Shown here: positions 1-9,636 of the stretch, one piece after another | Layout: every line of letters starts with the position of its first letter | Position numbering within the stretch: position 1 is the stretch's first letter | Origin: an uncultured Pseudomonadota bacterium | GTDB lineage: Bacteria; Oederibacteriota; Muellerivitia; Muellerivitales; Muellerivitaceae | Direction of reading: 5' to 3' | DNA: 64,000 nucleotides | Assembly: GCA_963836235.1 (NCBI GenBank) | Contig: CAWIIP010000005.1 | Span: forward strand, 32,001-96,000 | Program-made: the position numbers and the translations under genes | Notes under the pieces: generated by a model | Database searches by the model: none | The model's input: the letters and a program-made list of their open reading frames with translations, nothing else | What the model was told of the DNA's origin: nothing

Positions 1-838
1 GGGTTACATCCCTTTTCCCTTCCCAATAATCATCCACCCCCAACAGGGCCAGGGTTTTACCCTTCCTTTTCAGGTAAACCACGTCATTTTGTAAAACCTT
101 GATTCCGTCATCTTCGAGGGCTTTTCGCATTGCCGCCGCCCCTGCCCAATGATCGTGATTTCCCAACAAGGCATAGACACCCATAGGCGCCTTGAATCCT
201 TTAAAGAGCCCCCGCATCGGCGCGATATCTTTGAAATGGGAAACAAAATCTCCCGTAAAAGCGAAGAAATCTGGTTTGAGTTTCTTGGCTTCCTCAAAAA
301 CCATCCGCAGGTAATCCTTGTGGATATATTTTCCAAAATGGATGTCTGAAATCTGGACCAGGGAAATCCCGGAAAAGGCCTTGGGCCATTGGGGCAGGTA
401 AAGGTCGTATTGGACGACTTCCAGGTCATAAATTTGATTGTCGATAAAAAGATTTTCTAGGAAAGGCAGGGGAACCTTGAAACGGGGCGGATGATTCGGA
501 AAACGTTGGGCGACCATCCGGGCATCGACGGGTTGTAGCCGGAACCAATACCATCCGAAGTGGCTTACCGCCATCAGGAAAACCCATAAGACCGAACCGG
601 CGGTATAAAACCGCCATGGGAAAGCCACTGATGGAAAGGATTCCATACGGAAATCCCAAACATGGGCCAAACCCAAGATCAAGGCCGATTGAATTCCAAA
701 AATGAGAAGGGTGCCACCGATAACCCAAAGGTCTTCCGGAATAACTTGGCGGGGATGAAAGCTGACCCGGTTGACGAGAAATACGAATATCAAGAATTGG
801 AAGAGAAGAAAAATCCAAAAAAGCGGCTGGAGAAACAT
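1..838 (-). CDS. Membrane-anchored metallophosphoesterase (YkuE-like), 3' end outside window; not in the ORF track
   Basis: Manual translation from ATG at 838: hydrophobic N-terminus MFLQPLFWIFLLFQFLIFVFL, then calcineurin-like motifs QISDIH, FTGDFV and LGNHDH; frame runs off the window start. Confidence 0.85.
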   Translation of the reverse strand, partial: MFLQPLFWIFLLFQFLIFVFLVNRVSFHPRQVIPEDLWVIGGTLLIFGIQSALILGLAHVWDFRMESFPSVAFPWRFYTAGSVLWVFLMAVSHFGWYWFRLQPVDARMVAQRFPNHPPRFKVPLPFLENLFIDNQIYDLEVVQYDLYLPQWPKAFSGISLVQISDIHFGKYIHKDYLRMVFEEAKKLKPDFFAFTGDFVSHFKDIAPMRGLFKGFKAPMGVYALLGNHDHWAGAAAMRKALEDDGIKVLQNDVVYLKRKGKTLALLGVDDYWEGKRDVT

Positions 839-939
839 CTAAAGTCTCGGTTCTAAGTTTTAGTTAAAAGAAAGTTTTAATCAAAGGCAAAAACCGCCAA
901 AACTTAACAGTCAAAACCCAAAGCTTAAAGCTTTCATTT

Positions 940-1956
940 TTATCTGTTTATCTCTTCCAAAAGCCGTTGACTGAGTTCCTCCGCCGAAACCGTAGCCACG
1001 CCCAGCTTCTCCACTTCGATTCCCGCCGCGTAATTGGCCAAGGCCGCCGCTTGGAAAAGGCTGGCGCCCGCCGTTAAGGCCAGGGTCAAGGTTGCGATCA
1101 CGGTATCTCCCGCCCCGGAGACGTCATAGACTTCCCGCGCCACCGTGGGAATGGTTCGGGGAGGCTGGTTCGGCTCAAAGAGAGTCATACCATGCTCACT
1201 GCGGGTCAAAACAACCGATTTGCAGCCCAAGCGTTTCATGACCTTAAACCCGATGGTCTCGAAAGTCTTGCCGACGGCGTCGGGGCCCAAGGCCTCCGTC
1301 ACTTCCTTCATGTTGGGTTTCATGACCGTCACGCCCTTGAACTCAAAAAAGTTGTGGAACTTAGGGTCCACCGTGATGATCTTCTTTTTCGACTTGGCGT
1401 AAGCGATGGACTTACGGATGACTTTGGAGGTTAAAAGCCCTTTGTTGTAATCCTCAAAAATAACCCCGTCGGCGTCACGGATCGCCGCGATAGCCCTTTG
1501 GATAACCTGGTCCTGCTGTTTGTCCGTAAGGGCGGATTTGACTTCACGGTCAATTCGGACGACCTGCTGGGTATTGGCGATAACGCGGGTTTTTTCAGTG
1601 GTAGGCCTGTCCGAAAGGGCGAGGATACCCGAGGTATCCACCTTAAGGTTTTTAAGTTCCTTAACCAGTTCTTTGCCCGCCGTATCCTTCCCGATCGTTC
1701 CGATAATGGCGGATTTTCCCCCGAGGGCGGTAATGTTGGCCGCCACGTTGGCCGCTCCGCCCGGCATCTTTTTATCGTCCTCGTTGATTTCCACCACGGG
1801 AATGGGCGCCTCGGGTGAAATCCGGGCCACTTCCCCCTTGATATAAACGTCCAGCATCATGTCGCCAATGACGACGACTTTCTTGTTTTGAAGGGAACTG
1901 ACCAAAGCCAACAATTCGGTTTGATCGACGGAAGAAAGGAGGGATTTCTTTTTCAT
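940..1956 (-). CDS. rfaE1: D-glycero-beta-D-manno-heptose-7-phosphate kinase (stand-alone RfaE domain I / HldA)
   Basis: VVIGDMMLDVY, RISPEAPIPVV, PGGAANVA, DVSGAGDTV (PfkB signature); start taken at MKKK. Confidence 0.93.
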   Translation of the reverse strand: MKKKSLLSSVDQTELLALVSSLQNKKVVVIGDMMLDVYIKGEVARISPEAPIPVVEINEDDKKMPGGAANVAANITALGGKSAIIGTIGKDTAGKELVKELKNLKVDTSGILALSDRPTTEKTRVIANTQQVVRIDREVKSALTDKQQDQVIQRAIAAIRDADGVIFEDYNKGLLTSKVIRKSIAYAKSKKKIITVDPKFHNFFEFKGVTVMKPNMKEVTEALGPDAVGKTFETIGFKVMKRLGCKSVVLTRSEHGMTLFEPNQPPRTIPTVAREVYDVSGAGDTVIATLTLALTAGASLFQAAALANYAAGIEVEKLGVATVSAEELSQRLLEEINR

Positions 1957-1957
1957 G

Positions 1958-2527
1958 TCAGGGAAACATCGCGGATTCAATGAGTTCGCAGAAGATATGC
2001 CCTATCAGCATATGGCACTCTTGAATGCGGTCGGTGGAAGAAGCGGGTACGACAATGGCGATATCCACTTCCTTGGCGATCTTACCGCCGTCACGGCCCA
2101 AAAGGCCTATGGTGTGAACCTTGTTTTTCTTGGCGGCCATCACGCCTTTCAGCACGTTCTCCGAATTACCGGAGGTCGACAGACCTACCGCTACGTCGCC
2201 GGACACGCAAAGTCCCTCAATTTGGTGCGAATAAATTTGATCGTAGCCGTAGTCATTCCCCAGGGCCGTCAAGGTGGAAGTATTCGTGTGCAAGGCCAGG
2301 GACATCAGGGCACGGCGGCGTTTCAGGTAATCGCCCACCAGTTCAGCGGCAATATGTTGGGCATCAGCCGCGCTTCCGCCGTTGCCGAACCAAACCGCCT
2401 TGTTCCCCCTTTTGTAGGCGTTCACCAGGACCTCTCCCGCCTTCTCAATTTGTGGCACGCACTTCGCCAGCAAATTCTGTTTGACCTGGATACTCTCTTC
2501 GATACGGCCCCGGATTTTGTCGATCAT
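1958..2527 (-). CDS. gmhA: Phosphoheptose (sedoheptulose-7-phosphate) isomerase
   Basis: GNGGSAADAQHIAAE, NDYGY, STSGNS, RIQECH motifs. Confidence 0.96.
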   Translation of the reverse strand: MIDKIRGRIEESIQVKQNLLAKCVPQIEKAGEVLVNAYKRGNKAVWFGNGGSAADAQHIAAELVGDYLKRRRALMSLALHTNTSTLTALGNDYGYDQIYSHQIEGLCVSGDVAVGLSTSGNSENVLKGVMAAKKNKVHTIGLLGRDGGKIAKEVDIAIVVPASSTDRIQECHMLIGHIFCELIESAMFP

Positions 2528-2719
2528 AAAAGGCGCTCCTATACTTCGACTCGGTTAAAAGAAATCGGGATATTTTAACGTCCCATTGGCGGCTTAGCCA
2601 CCTCAAACAGTCCGGTAATATACTTGATGGCGACTCCTGGGCCAATAATAATGGACCTAAGTGTTTTTGAGCGCCCAGATTCTCCCGCGCACCCGGCTTG
2701 AGGCTTCAAACTTCCCAGG

Positions 2720-4114
2720 ATGGTTGGAATTAACTCCAACAAAGGACTCTATACCACATTGAAATCAAGACCTCTTGTCCCCGCGGACAAGCTTAAACCT
2801 TCCCCTCGGCCGCTACCCCAAACCACTCCTTGGTTTCTCTTCGCTTTGGGATTGGCCTTTTTGTTCCGGCTTGGTTTCGGCCTTTGTTCCGAGATCTGGT
2901 TCATCGACCAACAGCAAATTTATTTGATCGGTTTAAAGTATTACACGACCGGCCTCTGGCCCTATTTCGGCCCGGATGTGGCGCCACAAATCCAACTTCC
3001 CGGCGCCCTTCAAGGCCTCGTGGTAGGACTCCCCCTGGCCCTTTGGCCCATTCCCGAAGCGCCTTATCTATTCCTGAACCTTCTTTCCTTCGCGGGGCTC
3101 TGCTCTTTCGCCTGGTACTGCTCCAAACGCCTTCCCCAATTTCCCCAGTGGATCATTTACACCTGGCTCTTAACCGCGCCTTGGGTGATGAATTGGTCAA
3201 CTAACATCGATAATGATTCTTACGTGATTTTCGGGAGCTGTTTCTTTTTTATCGGCTTCCTGGAAACCCTGCCCGCCTTGAGCCTCGATCTTGTTTCCTT
3301 GCCGCTTGCCTGTTTCATGATGGGTTCAGCCCTCTTTTGGAACGCTCAATTCCATATGTCTTACGTGGTGCTGTTTCCTTTCGCCTTGGCGGCCTTGGCC
3401 CTTCGATGGCGGTTAACGCCTTCCCTGAAGATGCTTCCCCTAGGCCTGTCTTTTCTTTTGGGCGGGTTAATAACTGAAAGTTTTGTCATCCCAACTTACC
3501 TAAAGTATGGCTTGGCCCAAGGTTCCGGAGGTGCCTTGAACGCCATTGCCTTCAACCCCGAGAACTTCAAAAGCTTCTTCAATGTTTTAGCCCGGTTTTT
3601 CGCCCTCGCCGCCTGCGAAATTCCCCGCTTTATCGGCGCCAATAACGTGGAACGGTTTCAATTTTTATCGGAAAATCCCTGGATCGCGCCCTTTGCCGGC
3701 ATCGCCGGCATCCTGGGTTTGGCCCAATTGATCGTTTTGATCGTTTCTTTATTCCGGAAAGACCATCCCCAAAAGGATTGGGCGGCGGTGAAGTACTTGG
3801 CCCTGGGCACTTTCTTTTTGATTTATCTTAGTTTCCTCTTCGCCATTAAACCCCCGGCCGCCCATACCTATTACCTGGCCCTGCCGGTCGCCATGCTTTA
3901 TGGCTTTTATGTTTTCAGCCCTTGGGCTTCAAAAAGGTGGTTCCTCAAGGTGGCGGCCATTCTTTTGGCCTGCAACATCCTTTTTCACCTGGGACTCGCC
4001 CTACATAACCTGCCCCTTAAATCCCTCTACAAAAACCGGGATTTGTTCACGAGGGCTATCGCCGAGAAGAACTATCACTTGCTAGGCGAACGGCGGGAAG
4101 GCACGATTTACTAG
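2720..4114 (+). CDS. Polytopic membrane protein, probable GT-C fold (ArnT/PMT-like) glycosyltransferase
   Basis: About 11-13 hydrophobic segments; acidic loop (WFIDQQQI) after first TM followed by G.WPYFGP. Confidence 0.5.
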   Translation: MVGINSNKGLYTTLKSRPLVPADKLKPSPRPLPQTTPWFLFALGLAFLFRLGFGLCSEIWFIDQQQIYLIGLKYYTTGLWPYFGPDVAPQIQLPGALQGLVVGLPLALWPIPEAPYLFLNLLSFAGLCSFAWYCSKRLPQFPQWIIYTWLLTAPWVMNWSTNIDNDSYVIFGSCFFFIGFLETLPALSLDLVSLPLACFMMGSALFWNAQFHMSYVVLFPFALAALALRWRLTPSLKMLPLGLSFLLGGLITESFVIPTYLKYGLAQGSGGALNAIAFNPENFKSFFNVLARFFALAACEIPRFIGANNVERFQFLSENPWIAPFAGIAGILGLAQLIVLIVSLFRKDHPQKDWAAVKYLALGTFFLIYLSFLFAIKPPAAHTYYLALPVAMLYGFYVFSPWASKRWFLKVAAILLACNILFHLGLALHNLPLKSLYKNRDLFTRAIAEKNYHLLGERREGTIY

Positions 4115-4139
4115 AGCCTGTTTGGCTCTCTTATTTTTT

Positions 4140-5960
4140 TTATTTCTCCGAAACAACAGCCGGATTCGGCTTTCTCTTAAACAAGGCGATCCCAAACCGG
4201 TTCGAGGTATAGGGAAAACTTCCAAAAACTTGGAGCAGGTCGTAATTTTTGAGGATGTAACCCATGATGTCCGCCCCGTAATCCTTTCCAAAAGAAGAAA
4301 AGCCTTGTTCGGTCGTGTCCCTTTGTAGAACCGCGACATAGGTAACCCGATAACGGTCCAATTGGTCCATTACGCGGGCCGAGGTGCCTTCAGGCGTCAA
4401 ATCCACCGGGTTATAGATGTAATCCGTCAGGGGATTAGTCCGGTCGGACAAGAAATTAAAACCTATGCCCTCGGGAAAAACGGCCAGGGTTTCATCGGAA
4501 AGCGTGTTCTGCTCGAGATATTCGAGGAATCGCTGGGAACTGAAATAGGGCTCGGTGGGAAAAAAGAATAAACTGCCCCGGGAGGATTTGACCTCCAAGG
4601 TGCTTTTACTGTACCAGTTCAAGGAGACTTTCACGCTTGCCAGAATGAAAAGAAGGCTCAGGAATATAAAGCCTCCTTTTACGAAAAGCCTGACGCTCTT
4701 TTCCGGAAAAAACGAGGGGATCATCCGCAAAAAGAAAAGGTAATAGACGATCAAACCCGGAACGATCAGGGTAAAACCAAAATGGCCTTCCCACACCCGG
4801 AAAAAAATACGAAGAAGCATCAAAAAAGAAAACAACGAAAGGGCCAGCACCAGGGATTCCCGCTCAACCTCTTGGCCCCGGTATAAGTTGCGGGCCGCTT
4901 GCAACCCCACCACCAGGCAAAGCAACGGCAAACAGCGGAACTGCGCTTGATAGCCGAAAAAAGAAATGAATAAGTAATAAGCGAAGCCTAGGGTGAGAAG
5001 GGCCGCCAAAAGGGTGAGAAAGCGCGCTTTAAATAAGGTGAATGAATTTTGGATGGACGAAGCGATGAACCCGCCCCCGGCAAACAAAAGGGCGAATAGC
5101 GTGTATAAAGAGCCGCTTATAAACCAAACCCGCAGGTTATCGCCGACATCATTCAAACCGGATAGGTTTTGCTCGAATGTTCCCCGGCTCGAAATGCGAT
5201 CGACAAAGGCCTTCCCGATTCCCGTCTCCCCCCAAAAAAGGGTTCCATAAAAAATAAAAAAGACGAGGATGGCGGTTCCCGCCGAAATCAAGGCAAGGGT
5301 CAAAGCCAGGCGGATCTTAGGCTTGCCACGGGATTTGTCCGCCATAAACTCCACCAGCGCCGGCAGGAAGAGCGCGGCCAATGCCATCAGGCCAACTTCA
5401 GGACGGGTCAGCAACGCCGAGCAAAGGAAGAAAACGGATAATATTCCCTGAACTTTCCCGGTCTTGTTTTCATTTCTTTTAAAAAAGAAAATCCCCAAAA
5501 GAGCGAAAGCCAAGCCATAGGTAACAGCGTAGGTGTAAGGGATGATGAAGTTGTAATTGCAAGGAGACACGTAATAACCAAAGGCGCAAACCGAGATAAA
5601 GGTAACAACTACCAGAACCGCCAAAAGCGGCCCCAAGACGGCCTTCGCCAATTTGTGCAGGGCGTAAACCGTCAGGAGGAGGGACAGGATTCCGCTGGCC
5701 ACCAAGCTTCCAATTTGAATCCCGCCGATCCTAAAAAAGAGGGCATTCAGATAAGGAACCAAGGGGCCGTATAGCCAAACTAGGTCCCGGTAGAGCATTT
5801 TCCCCGAAAGCAATTGGGCCGGAAAGTACCACTCTTTGCCGGTATCGACGATCAAGTCCCCCCATTTCATCCAGGAAAGTTGAAGGAAGACGGCGATCAA
5901 AAGGCCATAAAGTAAAAAAGGTGCGGAATCCAAAAAGCGCCGCTTGATGCCTTCATTCAT
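4140..5960 (-). CDS. Polytopic membrane protein, probable GT-C (family 39-like) glycosyltransferase
   Basis: DTGKEWY..LLSGKMLYRDLVWLYGPL after first TM, many TM helices, soluble C-terminal domain. Confidence 0.6.
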   Translation of the reverse strand: MNEGIKRRFLDSAPFLLYGLLIAVFLQLSWMKWGDLIVDTGKEWYFPAQLLSGKMLYRDLVWLYGPLVPYLNALFFRIGGIQIGSLVASGILSLLLTVYALHKLAKAVLGPLLAVLVVVTFISVCAFGYYVSPCNYNFIIPYTYAVTYGLAFALLGIFFFKRNENKTGKVQGILSVFFLCSALLTRPEVGLMALAALFLPALVEFMADKSRGKPKIRLALTLALISAGTAILVFFIFYGTLFWGETGIGKAFVDRISSRGTFEQNLSGLNDVGDNLRVWFISGSLYTLFALLFAGGGFIASSIQNSFTLFKARFLTLLAALLTLGFAYYLFISFFGYQAQFRCLPLLCLVVGLQAARNLYRGQEVERESLVLALSLFSFLMLLRIFFRVWEGHFGFTLIVPGLIVYYLFFLRMIPSFFPEKSVRLFVKGGFIFLSLLFILASVKVSLNWYSKSTLEVKSSRGSLFFFPTEPYFSSQRFLEYLEQNTLSDETLAVFPEGIGFNFLSDRTNPLTDYIYNPVDLTPEGTSARVMDQLDRYRVTYVAVLQRDTTEQGFSSFGKDYGADIMGYILKNYDLLQVFGSFPYTSNRFGIALFKRKPNPAVVSEK

Positions 5961-6179
5961 GCCGTGATGAATCCCTCCAAGTGGTGGACAGCCCAGACTA
6001 TTGTAGCCATTTCAAATGCGGGGCCGGGAAGGAAAGGGAGCAGATGCGGCCGTGGCGGGTCATACATTCCAGGTCCGGAATAGGGGAAGCCTCTTTCGTC
6101 GCCAAGGGAAAATCACGAGTCGGGCCTGAACCCACTCAAAATGGATAATAGAAGCCAGCTTTTCAAGAACCAATTGATA

Positions 6180-6953
6180 TCAATTTTGATTGATTTTTGA
6201 ATACGTAAAATTGAATACGTGGTGTTCATCACCAGCTTCTATTGTAATCGTTAATTTACCGGGGGTTTCTGTAATGGTCGGTAATTTAATTTTTACAATC
6301 CCGCCATACCAAGATTTCGGAAATATCGTTTCTTTTTTTAATACCGTTGACGATAAATCATGCATGTTCGTTTGATCCTCATCTACAATTCTCGCAAACC
6401 TTGCATCCGAATCCGCTTCGGCTTGATTTCGTGCCGCTTGAGCTTCAGCGTAGTTATATGTTGAACTTGAATAACTACCATAACCACTCGTACCGTATGT
6501 ATAAGTACCGTAAGTTTTTGAGTAACCCGCATTTTGTGCTTGAATCGAATCAGAAACGCCTTGAACTGCCGCGGACACAGTCTCCCAAGTTTCTCGATCC
6601 TTTTCTTCCTTAACCAAATCCTCATAGCTAAATATTTTCAGCGGTATTTCTCCACTTGATTCCGAATCTGTGGATTTTGCAGAAATGTTATCTGTAGAAA
6701 ATACAAAATCTCGGCGCAAACCATTTTTTACTTCGATTAAAAAATCACCCCTTTGCTCACTGGAAAACTTGTCTTCTAAAGGCGTAACAATGACTATATT
6801 TTTTTTTAGGGATATAAGCGATTTCTTTCCATCCTTAAATATTGCCTTTTGATTCTCGATCGGAGTAGCCGTTATTAATCCGTAGGTAGCGCATCCGAAT
6901 TCTAAAAAGGTAAATGGTAATAAGAGAAGCCAAAATAAATTCCTCATATTCAT
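6180..6953 (-). CDS. Hypothetical lipoprotein, visibly AT-rich
   Basis: 257-aa ORF, signal peptide ending LEFGC, GGAG-type RBS upstream. Confidence 0.7.
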   Translation of the reverse strand: MNMRNLFWLLLLPFTFLEFGCATYGLITATPIENQKAIFKDGKKSLISLKKNIVIVTPLEDKFSSEQRGDFLIEVKNGLRRDFVFSTDNISAKSTDSESSGEIPLKIFSYEDLVKEEKDRETWETVSAAVQGVSDSIQAQNAGYSKTYGTYTYGTSGYGSYSSSTYNYAEAQAARNQAEADSDARFARIVDEDQTNMHDLSSTVLKKETIFPKSWYGGIVKIKLPTITETPGKLTITIEAGDEHHVFNFTYSKINQN

Positions 6954-7093
6954 TTAATTTTCTCCTAACATGAATAATAACGCTATTTCTCGAACCATTT
7001 TACAATAACTGGGTTTAAAAAGTTCCTGCCTCCATTCTCCACTTCAAAAACCCCATCCCAAAAGTAGCCACTCAGCGACATTTTACGAATCCT

Positions 7094-7420
7094 TCATTTG
7101 CCAACCCGGTAAGCCCTTCGACGTTGCTCAGGGTAGATCGCCCGGGGTTCTTCCAAAAAACCGATTCGTTTCTTGAGTTTCTCGGGCGCCTTCATCAGTT
7201 CGCGGATGGCGCCAAGGGACGACCCAAAGGGTCGCCACTTGTCCTACGCCTTCGCTCAGGCCAAGTGCACGGCTAGTTCCCGGCTGAAGCCGGGAACATA
7301 GACTAGCCGGTCGAACACGGCTTGAAATTGGGCGTCGTGGGAACCGACCTTCTTTTCTAAAGCTTCCAGTTTCCGGGCCAAGTCTTTATGTATGGTCAGA
7401 GCCTCCCGAAAAAAAAATGG
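7094..7420 (-). pseudogene. C-terminal remnant of an ORF6N-domain-type DNA-binding protein, interrupted by a 99-bp insertion
   Basis: HKDLARKLEALEKKVGSHDAQFQAVFD | AIRELMKAPEKLKKRIGF is continuous once 7211-7309 is removed; resembles the usual C-terminal tail of ORF6N proteins. Confidence 0.65.
7211..7309. repeat. 99-bp multi-hairpin inserted element (REP/MITE-like)
   Basis: Hairpins cggctag-ttcccggct-ga-agccgggaa-cataga-ctagccg (7270-7309) and cgaccc-aaa-gggtcg. Confidence 0.55.
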
Positions 7421-7554
7421 GGCCAGGCCACCATTAACCATTTTGCGATGAATCCCTTCCCAATAATGCCCCACCGCCCCATAGCTTACCCCATTCTTTC
7501 TCCGATCTCCTTCAAGCTCAAGCCCGATTCTTAAACCCAATGCCGATGGGCCCC

Positions 7555-9420
7555 TTAAAACCCAAATATTCCCTTCACCTTATCGGTAGCCGATTTGGCG
7601 TCGCCCGCCGTGCTGACCACGCTTTGATATTCCTTCACGCCATCCCCAAGGGCTTTGAGCGGGTCCTCAGCCTTCGACACCCCATTCCCCGTGTCACTCG
7701 ACGTTACTTTATTTGGATTAGCTGATGAGACACCTTTGCCTGAGTGAGGAGTTGAAACCCCTTGATTCGTCGCAGCCACCCCTTGGCCGCTATCGCGACC
7801 AAGGGCGATAGAACCCATCGAAGCTTGCCCCACGGCTTGAGCCGAAACGGCTTCAGCCGGTTCCCCTTTGGAACCGGCACTGCCTTGGCTTTGGCCTCGG
7901 CTAGCGGCCTCGTCCAAGGTGGTTTGGACACTCGCTCCCCCTGCGCTCATGTGGCTTTGGGGGACAGGCTGGGCAACTTGTGGTTGGCCGCCAGCGGGGA
8001 CGGATGCCCTCACGCTACGACTGCGCAGGTAATCCGTTGCCAGGTGGAAGAGGGACACATACAAATGGGGGCTCAACAGGAAGATCACCACCAAGGCCAC
8101 CAGGGCGGTAACGATCCAGCGTCGAACGAGATGAACCAAGGCCCGTTTGAGCTCGATGAGCAGGAAGGATTTTATCTTCGGCCACCACCCCTGAGCCGAG
8201 CCCGATTGTGTGGCTCCGGTACCGTCGCCACTCCGGCTCGGCACAACCAGGGCTTGTCCTCCACCTAGTGGGGTGGAGGACAGGTGGGCGGAGGCCACCA
8301 GCCGAGGCCCTTGCTTTGGGTGTGCCGGTTTCATAGAGGAACCGGCCCCCCGGATCGAGGCCCCAGCAGGCCCGGGTGTTTTGGATGGAGCAGGAGCTTT
8401 AGCGACGACCGAAACCTTTTCGGTAGCCGTTTTAGGCTGGACAGGCCGGCCTTCCGTTGGCTGAACCGGCGCAAAACCCTTGGCGGTGTAATCCTCCGGC
8501 TGTTTGCCCTGTTTGATCCAGGCCACGAACCCCTTCACGTCCGCCTCGGTCATGGCCTTGTCGCAGGCGATCTGAAGGGCCCGATAGAATAAATCCTGGG
8601 TTTCGGGTGGAGCGAGTTGGATGGTCCCGATAGGGGCCTCCCCCGGCTCCACAGCCGAGGCCTTTTTCTTTGGGCCCGGCTTGAGGCCCGTACCCGGGCC
8701 CAAAGCGGTCAGGCGGAACAGGGCTGTCTCGGAAATACCCCAAATTCCCTTATTATAATTATTCGGAATCCGAATAATTAAGGCCCTGGCTTCGGGGTTG
8801 ATAAGGGGTAATAGGCGGATGGCCCAATTCACTGACTCCAAACTCATGTCCAACTTGACCGCAACCAGGTCTTGGTTCAGGCTCGGATTGGCCCGGATGA
8901 GGTTCTCGACATCCTGGTAACCGGCCCACCAGCCCTTATCCCGTACCCGGTTGTCCGTCCGGCCGATGATGACCGCCTCTTCCTCAGTTGGGTTCTGGAT
9001 ACCCGCCGGAATAGTGGGCCTTTGAAGCCGCCGGAAGGCCTGGTACCGGGATTGGCCGCTCATGAGCCGATAAATGAAATCCGCCACCCTCCATGGTCGT
9101 CCCACCTGGGCCGAAGCCTCAAGCTGAGGTCCACTCTTTGGTTGTGCCAGTTCCAAAGGGGAACTGGCAAGAGCTAACCGGGGATTTTCCGGGTGCAGGG
9201 TCACCCCCGGGGCCAGGGGGCCGGTGGGCTCGGGCCGAAGCTTGACAGGGTTCTTAAGGCCGACGGCCTCGATATTGGCGGCCAGGTCGGCAATCTCCTC
9301 GTCGGAAGCGGCGGGGCCAGGATTGTCCGGGTTCAGGCGGATGTTGGCCAGGGGGACTTCCTGGGTGCCGGGAAAGAGTTCGGGCAAAAGGGCGAGAACG
9401 TCTTCAATGGATACGGGCAT
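7555..9420 (-). CDS. ParB N-terminal domain protein with HTH, low-complexity linker and C-terminal transmembrane segment
   Basis: VPLANIRLNPDNP...LAANIEAVGLKNPV, GxxRxxA motif (SGQSRYQA), HTH-like NQDLVAVKLDMSLESVNWAIRLL, TM WIVTALVALVVIFLL; GGAGG RBS before ATG at 9420. Confidence 0.75.
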   Translation of the reverse strand: MPVSIEDVLALLPELFPGTQEVPLANIRLNPDNPGPAASDEEIADLAANIEAVGLKNPVKLRPEPTGPLAPGVTLHPENPRLALASSPLELAQPKSGPQLEASAQVGRPWRVADFIYRLMSGQSRYQAFRRLQRPTIPAGIQNPTEEEAVIIGRTDNRVRDKGWWAGYQDVENLIRANPSLNQDLVAVKLDMSLESVNWAIRLLPLINPEARALIIRIPNNYNKGIWGISETALFRLTALGPGTGLKPGPKKKASAVEPGEAPIGTIQLAPPETQDLFYRALQIACDKAMTEADVKGFVAWIKQGKQPEDYTAKGFAPVQPTEGRPVQPKTATEKVSVVAKAPAPSKTPGPAGASIRGAGSSMKPAHPKQGPRLVASAHLSSTPLGGGQALVVPSRSGDGTGATQSGSAQGWWPKIKSFLLIELKRALVHLVRRWIVTALVALVVIFLLSPHLYVSLFHLATDYLRSRSVRASVPAGGQPQVAQPVPQSHMSAGGASVQTTLDEAASRGQSQGSAGSKGEPAEAVSAQAVGQASMGSIALGRDSGQGVAATNQGVSTPHSGKGVSSANPNKVTSSDTGNGVSKAEDPLKALGDGVKEYQSVVSTAGDAKSATDKVKGIFGF

Positions 9421-9636
9421 ACTGACCTCCACATAAGGGTTAACCAGCCTATGGGAGGAAGCCTACCGAATATTTTTTGGATTTCCAGAAGTTTCAGCGG
9501 CGGGAGACTTAAAATGCCTTTTCTCGGTCAGCTTTTAGGCAAAATTGAGACGATCAAAGGCCCTATAAGGCATATTATTATTTTATTATTTGGTCGCCTT
9601 TCAAAATACTTGTCCAACGTGGTCACAGTTTTGGTT

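Noticed and set aside
70-818. Track ORFs 70-429 and 426-818 as two genes or a frameshifted gene
   Set aside because: Both are off-frame shadows; another minus frame is open from 838 to the window edge and holds all phosphoesterase motifs.
7256-7540. 94-aa ORF as an intact gene
   Set aside because: Chimera of unrelated upstream sequence, an ORF6N-like tail and the inserted element.
9558-9585. dif-like ATAA-N6-TTAT core
   Set aside because: The flank does not match the XerD arm TTATGTTAAAT; likely chance in AT-rich DNA.
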